Source of the DNA: Nitrososphaerota archaeon
Lineage (GTDB): Archaea; Thermoproteota; Nitrososphaeria_A; Caldarchaeales; Calditenuaceae
Direction of reading: 5' to 3'
DNA length: 64,000 bases
Assembly (NCBI GenBank): GCA_038845265.1
Contig: JAWBQR010000005.1
Span: 60,558 to 124,557, forward strand
In this document: one piece after another, positions 1-9,179 of the stretch
How the letters are laid out: every line of letters begins with the position of its first letter
How positions within the stretch are numbered: the first letter of the stretch is position 1
Program-made: the position numbers and the translations under genes
The notes under the pieces: model-generated
The model's database searches: none
Told to the model about the DNA's origin: nothing
Seen by the model: only the letters and a program-made list of their open reading frames with translations

Positions 1-2
1 TA

Positions 3-563
3 TCAGACACGGTTGGATTCATAAAGAATGTCCCGACCCTGCTCATATCATCATTCATGTCGACGCTGATGGAGATAGCTGAGGCAGACCTAATACTCCT
101 AGTCATAGACGCGTCGGAACCCGTCGAGACAATGAGGGAGAAGCTCGACGCCTCGCTCAGCACCCTCAGACAGATAGGCGTGACAAACACGCCGATAATA
201 ATCGTCCTAAACAAGAACGACATAGCACCACCAACAAACCTTGAAGAGGCAGCTAAAGTGATTGGTCAGAGCTACCCAGTCATAAACATCTCTGCGAAGA
301 GAGGAGACAACATCGAGGGGCTCCACCGAGTAGTCTCCCAGTTCCTGAACAGCTTCGTCCTCTTCAAGGCAAGCCTCACCTACAGTGACGAGGCAAAATG
401 GCTACTACAGCAGGCATACATGAAGGGACGCGTAATAGACCTAAAGTACCAGGACAGCACGATCGAGATAATCGCCGAGACACCACTAGTAGTCGCCGAG
501 AAGATAAGGAGACTAACAAATCCCTCAGGATTCAGAATAATCAAGCAAGAATCAGATCAGTAG
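3..563 (+). CDS. hflX: GTPase HflX, C-terminal part (5' end outside window)
   Basis: Frame is open from the window edge: SDTVGFIK (G3 motif typical of HflX), ADLILLVIDAS, NKND (G4), ISAK (G5). Confidence 0.9.
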   Translation, partial: SDTVGFIKNVPTLLISSFMSTLMEIAEADLILLVIDASEPVETMREKLDASLSTLRQIGVTNTPIIIVLNKNDIAPPTNLEEAAKVIGQSYPVINISAKRGDNIEGLHRVVSQFLNSFVLFKASLTYSDEAKWLLQQAYMKGRVIDLKYQDSTIEIIAETPLVVAEKIRRLTNPSGFRIIKQESDQ

Positions 564-656
564 TCCGAGATATATGAGGATTGAGAGCTCACTCAATAGG
601 AGGATAAGCAAGATGATTATGCCTGGGCTGAGGCGCCTCCTACCCTCTGGCTTCAT
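552..656 (-). CDS. Putative 34-aa single-pass membrane microprotein
   Basis: Manual translation MKPEGRRRLSPGIIILLILLLSELSILIYLGLLI*: basic N-terminus plus a ~22-aa hydrophobic helix; below the ORF-track cutoff. Confidence 0.55.
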   Translation of the reverse strand: MKPEGRRRLSPGIIILLILLLSELSILIYLGLLI

Positions 657-699
657 TCCAAAGAAAAAATGGTCAAAAAACCAGTAATAAACATTGTGA

Positions 700-780
700 A
701 TCTAGAACTTAGAATATTATTCATGAATTTTTTCTAAATTATTCTAGAAATACTAGAATCGGTATAAGATTCTTCAGAAT
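700..780. promoter_or_regulatory. Array of TTCnnGAA-like palindromes in a divergent intergenic region (putative operator array)
   Basis: ATCTAGAA 700-707, ATTCATGAAT 719-728, TTCTAGAA 742-749, TACTAGAA 751-758, TTCAGAA 773-779. Confidence 0.35.
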
Positions 781-857
781 TCCCTTGGATTGACTAAACA
801 TTCTTCACTTATAGGCATAGATATATATCTCTGGAGGGTGAATATTGCTACGTGGCC

Positions 858-1016
858 ATGTTTAGGAGGGAGGACCTCTACTGGGAGAGGCTGAGAGGTC
901 CTTCACCCATAATGCCGTCAGACATCGAGCATCTTGTACGCGAGATACAGATACTTAAAGCCGAGATACAAAAGATAAAGAAGGCACTCGAGGAAAGAGG
1001 AATCAAGATAGATTAG
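858..1016 (+). CDS. Putative 52-aa coiled-coil small protein
   Basis: MFRREDLYWERLRGPSPIMPSDIEHLVREIQILKAEIQKIKKALEERGIKID*; heptad pattern; upstream ATATATAT (821-828) and GGAGGGTG (833-840). Confidence 0.65.
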   Translation: MFRREDLYWERLRGPSPIMPSDIEHLVREIQILKAEIQKIKKALEERGIKID

Positions 1017-1569
1017 GAAGGTCCCTATAGATTGACTGGATAAGCGGTCTTAGAAGCTTAGCGATGCTCAGGACTCTCTTCAGATCTTTTCTGCAGTGAT
1101 TGATGATGAGTGTTCTTCTTCCTTTCTTTCCGGCTAGGTATTCTGAGTAGAGCCTAGGAACGTCTATCCCGATGTACTCCTCGGGGAGATTTATGCCTAG
1201 ATATCGCGAGACTGATTGAAGACTGTTTGAGCTGAGCCTCATGTGGTTTTTAGAGACCTCCATCAGGTCTATGTGTCTAGCCTCAAGTATGGGTGTCGGG
1301 TCGATTCTCAGCCTTACACATCTACTTATCAGGAATGGTATATCGAATCCTAGGCCTCCCCAAGTAAAGTAGATGTTTACTTCTTGGAAGATCTTTATGA
1401 ATTCTCTGAGTGATGACTCCTCTTCCTCCGGCGTCTTTACGAAGATTATTTTTTCTTTGCCCTTAAAGTACTCAGCTAGCCCGATGCATATGACTTGACC
1501 TGTATCAGCGGTGAGACTTGTAGTCTCTATGTCCAGCGCGTAGACAACTGGCCTAAGAGTCAAGGACAC
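1003..1569 (-). CDS. RNase H-like DEDD exonuclease domain protein (YprB/RNase_H_2-like)
   Basis: LDIET, FDIPFL, HIDL and C-terminal HCRKDL motifs. Confidence 0.8.
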   Translation of the reverse strand: MSLTLRPVVYALDIETTSLTADTGQVICIGLAEYFKGKEKIIFVKTPEEEESSLREFIKIFQEVNIYFTWGGLGFDIPFLISRCVRLRIDPTPILEARHIDLMEVSKNHMRLSSNSLQSVSRYLGINLPEEYIGIDVPRLYSEYLAGKKGRRTLIINHCRKDLKRVLSIAKLLRPLIQSIYRDLPNLS

Positions 1570-1719
1570 ATCAACACTCTATTTAGAATTGCAATTCCTT
1601 ATAATTTTGCCTTCTAAGAACCGTTTGTTTATTCTTATGTTTTACAAATATTTTTCGGTCTGTATTGGCTTAGCGTCAAAGTGCATCAGTTATATAATGG
1701 CTCATGCATTCAGGGAGAT

Positions 1720-2142
1720 GTGTCTGAACCGGATGAATCGGAGCTTGACCGCATACTTCAGAGAAAGTTACGCGAGCTTATGAGGGATAGCAATGCGCCT
1801 GAAGAGAGTGCGAGTTTCCCGTCAGAACCAATCGATATTACTGATAAAGATTTTGATAAATTCATATCACGTTACCCCTTAGTGGTTGTCGATTTCTGGG
1901 CCGACTGGTGTATGCCTTGCAGATTTCTCGCGCCGATAGTGAAGGAGCTTGCAAAGGAGATGTCCGGAAAGGTAGTCTTCGGTAAGCTGAACGTGGATGA
2001 GAATCCTGTGACTTCCAGCAAGTTCGGCATTATGAGCATTCCCACCCTGATTATCTTTAAGGATGGAAGACCTGTGGACGCAGTGGTGGGCGCACTGCCT
2101 AAGTCTAAGCTACATGCGCTAATAATAAAACATCTTCACTGA
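1720..2142 (+). CDS. trxA: Thioredoxin
   Basis: VDFWADWCMPC active site, SIPTL cis-Pro motif; start moved to the GTG at 1720 after GGGAG. Confidence 0.92.
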   Translation: MSEPDESELDRILQRKLRELMRDSNAPEESASFPSEPIDITDKDFDKFISRYPLVVVDFWADWCMPCRFLAPIVKELAKEMSGKVVFGKLNVDENPVTSSKFGIMSIPTLIIFKDGRPVDAVVGALPKSKLHALIIKHLH

Positions 2143-2215
2143 AATTTTTGGGTCCTTGTCATGCATTAATGTTTAAAACTTAGGGTGTTTATTAATTGTT
2201 AGATGGCTGGTTAGT

Positions 2216-3139
2216 TTGCTGATATCTCCGTCTCTAAGCCTCGCTAAGTACTTAACAGAGAAGAAGAGAGAGCTCGATGACTGGTTCGCTATGAAGGCTA
2301 GGGAGAGCATTGACGGTGGCCTGATAAAGGAGACGATTAAAGGCGGGAAGAGGCTTAGGCCGCTTTTGTTGATGCTTGTCTTTGACGCTCTAGACGGAAA
2401 GGATAGGGAGTCCGCCCTTGACGTTGCCTATGCACTTGAGCTTGCACATAACGCAAGCCTAGTCCACGACGATATAATTGACTGGGACTACTATAGGCGC
2501 AGTAGGCCAGCGCTCTGGCGACAGATAGGAATTGGAAGAGCAGTTATTCAGGGGCACAGAATTATCAACACTGCATTTCGAACCGTACTGGACAAGGGAG
2601 TTGAGATTACTAGATTATTTCTAGAGGCTTGGGAAAACTCTTCATTCGGAGTATTAGAAGAACTGTTCTCCTCGACCCCACCATCCAAGATGCTATATCT
2701 CAGGATTATTCAGGAAAAGACTGCTTCACTCTTCGCCGCTGGAGCTGAGTCGGCGGCCGTCCTAGCGGGCTCCTCGGAAAAGATGAGAAATCTAGCTAGG
2801 AGGTACGGACTACTCGTCGGCACCGTCTACCAATTAGCAGATGATTATGTAGATCTTAGGCGCAATAAGGGGTTGATAAGAGTCATTTTGAGGCTTAGAA
2901 ATATTGACGAGGCCGTAAGGAAGGGCTACATCGCGCTTAAGGAGGGGAGGCTTCTACGCTTCTTAGAGATCATACAGCAATCAAGCAGGTTTTACTCTTT
3001 CATTACAGAGCTTCTCAGGGAATGTTACGATGAGATTGATAAAATTGTCGACGCAATGGAGATTAAGGAGGAATATAGACCCTTGCTAAAAGAGTTTCCA
3101 AGATTCTGCGTAGAACAAATGCTGAAAGAGAGTAAGTAA
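2216..3139 (+). CDS. Trans-polyprenyl diphosphate synthase (long-chain, hexaprenyl-like)
   Basis: GGKRLRP, FARM HNASLVHDDIID..RR, KT motif, SARM YQLADD. Confidence 0.85.
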   Translation: MLISPSLSLAKYLTEKKRELDDWFAMKARESIDGGLIKETIKGGKRLRPLLLMLVFDALDGKDRESALDVAYALELAHNASLVHDDIIDWDYYRRSRPALWRQIGIGRAVIQGHRIINTAFRTVLDKGVEITRLFLEAWENSSFGVLEELFSSTPPSKMLYLRIIQEKTASLFAAGAESAAVLAGSSEKMRNLARRYGLLVGTVYQLADDYVDLRRNKGLIRVILRLRNIDEAVRKGYIALKEGRLLRFLEIIQQSSRFYSFITELLRECYDEIDKIVDAMEIKEEYRPLLKEFPRFCVEQMLKESK

Positions 3140-3176
3140 TAGTCCTTGATTTAAGTATATTATAGTCAACGAGTCA

Positions 3177-4775
3177 TTGAATAGTCAGTGTTGGGACATG
3201 GCTATCGAGGGATTATTAGAGATAGCCACCGCGTTATCACTCTCATGGCTAAGGCTAGGAGCAGCCCTGCTCCTATCGATAGCTATGTCCCTCCTAGTCG
3301 GCATCCCCTCAGGCCTCAGTAGAGGCGTAGAGCGGTTAGTCCTTCCCATACTTGACGTCCTCCAGAGCGTCCCAATACTGGGTTTCTTCCCAATCGCTGT
3401 CTACTTCTTCATCTCTATAAATCCGATACTTGGTCCGGACCTTGCCTCTATCTTTCTTATATTTACTTCTACTTTCTGGAATATGGCGTTCGGCGTATAC
3501 GAGGGCGTAAGGGCCATTCCGCCAGAGCTATACGAAATTTCTAGAATAGTCAACCTAGGCATCTCTAAGAGACTACGCCAGATCATAATTCCAGCATCTA
3601 TTCCGAGGATAATTTCTCAGCTCCCTCCCTCGATAGCCAATGGGCTTTACTTCCTGACCGCGAGCGAGATCATCTCGTTCGGGGAGAAAGAGATTAGCGT
3701 AGCCGGGGTGGGCTCCCTAGTCGCCACATATGTGAGGAAAAATGACGTTACAGGAATAGTCATAACCGTAGGCTCGCTAGCCCTCAGCATAGCGCTCATA
3801 TTCACCCTAATAGTTAACCCATTAATCACTTGGGCAGAGAAGTTTAGGTTCGAGACAGTAACTACGCCCAGCAGGCCCGGTAGGGTGACACTTGGCCCTG
3901 TTAGGAGGATCTTCACGACGGTGAGGACGCGTATTCCATCGATGAGGATGCAGCTTACTCTTCCGAGTGTCTTTGTCCACGTTGGACACATGCCTAGACA
4001 TCTATCCCGCTTCATATTCATAATGGCTATCAGTGCAGCAGCGATATTTTTCTTGACAGTCTCTTCGAGCTACATCTCTGACGTGCCGAGAATACTCATG
4101 GGTATCTGGCTCATGATTAATGAGATGGGATACATCCTGGTACTCAACTCGGTTGGCATGTCATTTGTCAGGATAGCCATTGCCATCTTCTTATCCCTCC
4201 TATGGTCAATTCCCGTGGCCTACATAGTCGCTAAGAGCGATAGGCTCAGGAGGACCGCCCTCCCAGTCATACAGATAATCGCCTCGATGCCTGTACCGAT
4301 CTTCTTCCCACTCATAGCTGATGCATTTCTATCATCAAGAGAATTTATCGAGCTGGGATCAATATTGCTGATAGTCTTGGGCACTCAGTGGTACATTTTT
4401 TACTCCCTTGTGGGTGGATTTTTAAGAATTCCTACAGAGTACCGAGAGCTCTCCAAGAGCTATAGTCTAGGCAGGCTGAGGGAGCTATTCATAATCTATA
4501 TTCCGTTTGCCATGCCCTCACTGGTGACTGGCCTAATTACTGCGACTGGCGGAGCATGGAACACCCTCGTAGTCGCTGAGCGCCTCGTCATCGGTGGACG
4601 GGTCTTTGAAACAAGTCTCCCAGGGCTTGGAAAGCTACTCTCGCAGTACACCGAGATGGGCTCAGTCTACGGCATGGCCGTGATAGTCTTCGTCATGACT
4701 GTGATAGTCGTCGCGTTTAATAGGTTCATCTGGCGCCCGCTCTATGACAGGACAATAAAGATGGTGAGGGAGTAA
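3177..4775 (+). CDS. NitT/TauT-type ABC transporter permease (duplicated TM domain)
   Basis: LDVLQSVPILGFFP motif, two repeated permease halves, adjacent to an ABC ATPase. Confidence 0.88.
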   Translation: MNSQCWDMAIEGLLEIATALSLSWLRLGAALLLSIAMSLLVGIPSGLSRGVERLVLPILDVLQSVPILGFFPIAVYFFISINPILGPDLASIFLIFTSTFWNMAFGVYEGVRAIPPELYEISRIVNLGISKRLRQIIIPASIPRIISQLPPSIANGLYFLTASEIISFGEKEISVAGVGSLVATYVRKNDVTGIVITVGSLALSIALIFTLIVNPLITWAEKFRFETVTTPSRPGRVTLGPVRRIFTTVRTRIPSMRMQLTLPSVFVHVGHMPRHLSRFIFIMAISAAAIFFLTVSSSYISDVPRILMGIWLMINEMGYILVLNSVGMSFVRIAIAIFLSLLWSIPVAYIVAKSDRLRRTALPVIQIIASMPVPIFFPLIADAFLSSREFIELGSILLIVLGTQWYIFYSLVGGFLRIPTEYRELSKSYSLGRLRELFIIYIPFAMPSLVTGLITATGGAWNTLVVAERLVIGGRVFETSLPGLGKLLSQYTEMGSVYGMAVIVFVMTVIVVAFNRFIWRPLYDRTIKMVRE

Positions 4776-5543
4776 ATGTCGGCGAGAGAGCCAATCCTGA
4801 GGCTGATAGACGTAAAGTTTGAGCACAAGCTGAGGGGTGGCAGGACGCTTCCAATATTTAACGGCATCAACGTATCAGTCCACTACGCAGAGTTCTTGGG
4901 AATCGTGGGGCCGAGCGGCTGCGGAAAATCAACGCTCCTAAGAATAATGGCCGGGCTCATCCGGCCGACCCATGGTAGAGTAATATTCAGAGAAGAGGAG
5001 TTGACAAGCCCGACGCCAAGAATATCGATGATGTATCAGAGCCCGACACTGATTCCATGGCTATCAGTCTGGGACAACGTCTACCTCGCTGTATCCTCGA
5101 GGAGAGACATGACCGAGGAGGAGAAGAGGGAGAAGACATCGCTGTTCATTAACCTAGTGGGTCTAGAGGGCTTCGAGTCGGCATATCCATCGGAGCTGAG
5201 CGGAGGAATGAAGCAGAGAGTAGCGCTCGCGAGGGCACTAGTCACGAGCCCAGACGTCCTACTGCTCGACGAGCCCTTCAGCAACCTCGACCCCCTGACC
5301 GCGATAAACCTCAGCAGAGAGGTAGAATACATGTGGCTTGACTCCAGCCTGCCACCCGCCTCAGTCGTGATGGTCTCCCACAGCATAGACGAGGTCGTAC
5401 AGCTCTCAGACAGAGTACTAGTACTGAAGGGGCGACCGGCAGAGATCATTGCGGAGATAAATATCGAGTTAGAGAGGCCCCGGAACAAGAAGTCCGAGGA
5501 GTTCTATCGATACGTCGACGAGATATTCACTCTCGTGAGCTAG
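4776..5543 (+). CDS. NitT/TauT-type ABC transporter ATP-binding protein
   Basis: GPSGCGKST, LSGGMKQR, LLLDEPF, H-loop VSH. Confidence 0.93.
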   Translation: MSAREPILRLIDVKFEHKLRGGRTLPIFNGINVSVHYAEFLGIVGPSGCGKSTLLRIMAGLIRPTHGRVIFREEELTSPTPRISMMYQSPTLIPWLSVWDNVYLAVSSRRDMTEEEKREKTSLFINLVGLEGFESAYPSELSGGMKQRVALARALVTSPDVLLLDEPFSNLDPLTAINLSREVEYMWLDSSLPPASVVMVSHSIDEVVQLSDRVLVLKGRPAEIIAEINIELERPRNKKSEEFYRYVDEIFTLVS

Positions 5544-6051
5544 TTGTCTGAGCCTTCGCAGCCCTTCTACGCCTAAGCCTAAATGCTCTGGACTCTCCGT
5601 CATATTCTAGCCATCCAGTCATCACTAGCCAGTCAATGATGAATGTCCTAAGCCTCTCGAGCTGCTCATCGTCAGATTCACACAGCTTGACCGCGTTGTT
5701 TATCTCCTCAATAGTGACGGGAGCGTTCCTCGAGGAGACGTACTGTATGATTGACCTGAACGGCTCAACCTTCTCCACGATCTCTGTGAGCATCTTTATC
5801 TTTCCAGTCAATAGCCTCCTAGAGAAGCCGAGACCACTCTGAGTGAGCTGGACGTCACCATCTATGACGCTGACTAGGCCGAGCGCCTCCGCTGCCTCTA
5901 AGACCCTCAGTAAATGCCCAAGCTCCATCCCTATCTCCTTCGATAGCTGCGCCAGGTCTACCCTCCCCTTGAAGAGCCCGACAACATCGAGGAGCCCGGC
6001 GATCATTCCGGGAGTTACATCTAATGGGCATTTAGGCCCGTCTTGACTCAA
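5527..6051 (-). CDS. Stand-alone AAA-associated (NitT/TauT ATPase C-terminal) winged-helix protein
   Basis: GLLDVV..GRVDLAQLS..LLRVLEAAEALGLV..DGDVQLT..G, and C-terminal IIDW..GWLEYD, resemble the AAA_assoc_C domain. Confidence 0.7.
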   Translation of the reverse strand: MSQDGPKCPLDVTPGMIAGLLDVVGLFKGRVDLAQLSKEIGMELGHLLRVLEAAEALGLVSVIDGDVQLTQSGLGFSRRLLTGKIKMLTEIVEKVEPFRSIIQYVSSRNAPVTIEEINNAVKLCESDDEQLERLRTFIIDWLVMTGWLEYDGESRAFRLRRRRAAKAQTTSSRE

Positions 6052-6101
6052 CTCTCAATAATTGTTTGTTGGTCTCATATATTAGTTTGGTATATGAAGC
6101 C

Positions 6102-7268
6102 CTAAGAAAAGTTTTTATATAGCTGTAGGACCTGGCGGACAACCTCCGCGGCACCGCCAAGCCTCCCGGCCTGCTCCACGTAACGAGAGACTACCTCGTC
6201 GCTTATCGTGTCGTATGCCTGCGTTATCGCCGTCCTGAGCGTCTCTGAGTTGAGCATTTCCTCATTTAGAACAACTGCCGCTCCCTTATTCATCAGGCTT
6301 CTGGCGTTTGATTCTTGTTCAGAGTGTCTGGGAATGGGGACCGTGACCAGCCTGCATCCATAGGCGAGGGCCTTTGTCAGGAGGGACTGCCCTGCCCGGC
6401 TCACAACCACGTCTGATGCGGCGAGCAGCTCATACTCATCCACTACCCAGTCAACCACCCAGAGCCTATCACTCCTGAATGAGTATCCACTACTGGGTCT
6501 TCCACGCGTAAAGATTATCTGCATATCCCTTAGGCCGGGCAATGCATTGATAATCTTTTCAGTGAATCTCTCCCTCTCTTGTCTGGGCCCGGTGGCCTGG
6601 ATTAGGATGAGCGGCTCATCCTGCCTGAAGCCGAGCTTTCTCTTGAGCTCGTTCCTAGGCGGATAGTCCCTAGGTGTCCGGCTCATTATTGGACCAACGT
6701 AGACTGTCCTGCCCTCTATGCTGCTTGGTAGTCTGAGGTTATCCTCAGAGACCGTGAGAGGGGGCTGGTAATCAGAGATGAGCAGGATATCGCTCAGTGA
6801 CCATACGTGCGCAACGATGCTGGATGCTGCCTCGGTTATCTCGGCTAGCCGATGCCACCTCTCGCTCCTCACGAGGAGGTAGAACTGGTTCAGGAGAAGG
6901 GCCGTCGGGATTCCCATCAATTTGGCCGCAAGAATCGTAGTGGCCCTAGTATCTGAAAAGACAGCGGCTGGGCCGACATCACTCATTATTCTATACTCAA
7001 TTGAGACTTGGGCCGCGACGGTTATTGGTAGAAAGATGTTCCTGAGTATTGTCCCCCTGAAGCTGAAGGCCCCATCCGGTCCTAGTCCATACCCTATAGA
7101 TAGAGACTTGTTTATCGGGAGGCCATACTTATTGAAGAACTCGACCGCGTCGCCGTAGGTCGATATTGATAATTCATGTCCCATTGAAAGAAGCTTCTTC
7201 GCTATGACTAGGCTTCGTGAAGCATGTCCAAGCCCGATGCCGCATATGCCCATATGTATTCTAGCCAT
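6102..7268 (-). CDS. GT-B glycosyltransferase, MurG/GT28-like
   Basis: GIGLGHASR at the N-terminus; DVVVSRAG and HSEQESNA in the C-domain. Confidence 0.85.
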   Translation of the reverse strand: MARIHMGICGIGLGHASRSLVIAKKLLSMGHELSISTYGDAVEFFNKYGLPINKSLSIGYGLGPDGAFSFRGTILRNIFLPITVAAQVSIEYRIMSDVGPAAVFSDTRATTILAAKLMGIPTALLLNQFYLLVRSERWHRLAEITEAASSIVAHVWSLSDILLISDYQPPLTVSEDNLRLPSSIEGRTVYVGPIMSRTPRDYPPRNELKRKLGFRQDEPLILIQATGPRQERERFTEKIINALPGLRDMQIIFTRGRPSSGYSFRSDRLWVVDWVVDEYELLAASDVVVSRAGQSLLTKALAYGCRLVTVPIPRHSEQESNARSLMNKGAAVVLNEEMLNSETLRTAITQAYDTISDEVVSRYVEQAGRLGGAAEVVRQVLQLYKNFS

Positions 7269-7298
7269 ACCACGCCCCCTAGTCGAGGTCGATATGGA

Positions 7299-7934
7299 TT
7301 AGCAGGCCTTACGTGGGATGGACTTTATGTCGACCCTATTTACTTCTCCATTCGGCTCCTTCTCCGCGAATATTTCCGCAGTAAAACGCTTAATCACGGC
7401 CGTCCCAGTGAGCCAGAAGGTCGGCGGCAGACCAGCCTTAAAGCAGAGGTTCGTGAGGAACTCCTCTGCGTCCCACCCATACTCTACTGGTACTTGGGGG
7501 AGGAGAAGACCTGCTCCAAATGGAGACTCGATTATCAATCCATCCCTACCAATCTCTATCATGCTTGGAATCAGTTTTCTGTCCCTCGCAGCTATCTCTT
7601 CCGGAATCGTTAAGACGCTTACCTCAACGACTATTCGGTCGAGCTCGTCTTTACTGAGCGGGGGAAATCTCGGGTCTCCGAACGCTGCGCTCAGGGCGGC
7701 ATCTACGACCTGCTCCAAAAAATCCTTTACGGGATATGGAAAGCCTATGCATCCCCTCAGCTCAAGTTCTGGATAAGTGTTAAGCGTGACAAATACCCCT
7801 CTTTTGAGCTGCCTTAACGCCTCAGGTGCCCGATGGAGGGTTCGGGGTTTTTCACCCTTAATCTTCGATGTAATAGCGTTTCTTGCTAGCTTGACTAGAA
7901 ATGTGCCTTCCTCATCACTAAGCATCTTTGACAC
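7299..7934 (-). CDS. AMMECR1-domain protein (TIGR00296 family)
   Basis: GVFVTL, LRGCIG, DPRFPP, EVSVLT, GLLLPQV. Confidence 0.93.
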   Translation of the reverse strand: MSKMLSDEEGTFLVKLARNAITSKIKGEKPRTLHRAPEALRQLKRGVFVTLNTYPELELRGCIGFPYPVKDFLEQVVDAALSAAFGDPRFPPLSKDELDRIVVEVSVLTIPEEIAARDRKLIPSMIEIGRDGLIIESPFGAGLLLPQVPVEYGWDAEEFLTNLCFKAGLPPTFWLTGTAVIKRFTAEIFAEKEPNGEVNRVDIKSIPRKAC

Positions 7935-7982
7935 GAATAAAGTTACTGCCCGGGGCTTTATTATGTTTATTCTCAGCGTTAG

Positions 7983-8447
7983 TTAGGTGCCTTCTATCTT
8001 GCTAGCCGCTATGTATGCCCGCCTAAGTGTCCTCAGTATGTTTCTCCAGTGACTACCGATCCAAAACCTCTGACCACAAGAGCTGCATCGCCATATCCCT
8101 TCTAGTTCAGGGCTGAGGAGACCGTTGCAGAGTGAACACCTCGTTATTCTCGGCTTTAGAAAAGCCTCTATGGGTAGGCTAAATTCTCTCGAGATATACT
8201 TAGCAACTTCTGCGAGGTTTGTCTCAATGTCTCTATACTGGAGCAGACATGACCTCAGCCCCTTCGTTGATGCCGCTCGATGAAGATCTACGTCTGATGT
8301 AACTATTATTCTTCCAGTCTTCGATGCAATCTCTATGAGTTCCTCGTCCTTACCCTCCCAGTATTGAGAATCATATCCGAGAATTCTTAACCATCTACAT
8401 AGGTTTCCATGCATAGAGTCAATAATGAAGGTAGGCTCACTACTCAC
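7983..8447 (-). CDS. Mut7-C PIN-like RNase domain protein
   Basis: DSMHGNLCRWLRILGYD, zinc ribbon CxxC..CxxC, WxGSHW. Confidence 0.88.
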   Translation of the reverse strand: MSSEPTFIIDSMHGNLCRWLRILGYDSQYWEGKDEELIEIASKTGRIIVTSDVDLHRAASTKGLRSCLLQYRDIETNLAEVAKYISREFSLPIEAFLKPRITRCSLCNGLLSPELEGIWRCSSCGQRFWIGSHWRNILRTLRRAYIAASKIEGT

Positions 8448-9024
8448 TTCTCTTCTCTAATTCTATTCTACAGTCCTCGCATAAGTATTGCTCGTCGACC
8501 CTGACGAGCATGTCGCTCCATTCACCACACGAGTCGCAGTATCCCTCAAGGTATTGCTCAGAGCCTAGAACCTTTGCTCCTCGCAGTCTTAACTGCTCTT
8601 TCACAATCTCCAAAATGTCTGGAGTAACCTTGAGGATGTCCTTGACACTAATTATTCCATGGACCTCGTCCTTATACGTGACGACAAGACGACTTATCCC
8701 CATCTTATTCATTCTTCTCAGAGCCTCCTCGATAGTCTCATCTGGACTAGCAGTCACGAGGGGCGTCGACATGATCTCTGAGACCCTAACGTCGCTTGGC
8801 TTCTTGTCCAGCGCAACCACCTTCTCTATCAAGTCTCTCTTAGTCACTATCCCGACGGGCTTGCCATTCTTCTTCACGACGATACCGCTTATCTTGTACT
8901 TTGTCATTAATTCAGCCACTATCTTGGCGGTGTCATCAACATTAACCTCAATAACCGGGCTACTCATCACGTCCCTTACGGTCACTTCGTCGCTTAGGAA
9001 CAGCTTCTTCAACTGTTTCTCCAC
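8440..9024 (-). CDS. CBS-pair protein with C-terminal zinc ribbon
   Basis: Two CBS repeats (VRDVMSSP, VSEIMSTP) followed by CDSC..CEDC. Confidence 0.9.
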   Translation of the reverse strand: MEKQLKKLFLSDEVTVRDVMSSPVIEVNVDDTAKIVAELMTKYKISGIVVKKNGKPVGIVTKRDLIEKVVALDKKPSDVRVSEIMSTPLVTASPDETIEEALRRMNKMGISRLVVTYKDEVHGIISVKDILKVTPDILEIVKEQLRLRGAKVLGSEQYLEGYCDSCGEWSDMLVRVDEQYLCEDCRIELEKRSE

Positions 9025-9179
9025 GACGGAGATGTCGCCCCGATTAAATAAGGTTTTCCCGAGACAAATTATAAAAGAGATAATTCTGAAGGTAATACAA
9101 AATATCGAGTATTGTAACTTTGCAGCTGTGTTTGTGGATTGTGAAGCTTTTAGAACTTGTGTCTAATTGCTTAGAATTC

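Noticed and set aside
660-850. AT-rich repeat-containing spacer as a replication origin
   Set aside because: No ORB-like boxes with G-strings were seen and there is no cdc6/orc1 or whiP gene in the window
7983-9024. Mut7-C plus CBS pair as a toxin-antitoxin module
   Set aside because: The upstream protein is a CBS/zinc-ribbon protein rather than a recognisable antitoxin, and stand-alone Mut7-C genes are common in archaea
8510-9166. 218-aa plus-strand ORF and similar long antisense ORFs (e.g. 13910-14608, 21172-21906, 59538-60041)
   Set aside because: They overlap well-supported genes on the opposite strand and have the Ser/Thr/Leu-rich composition of shadow frames
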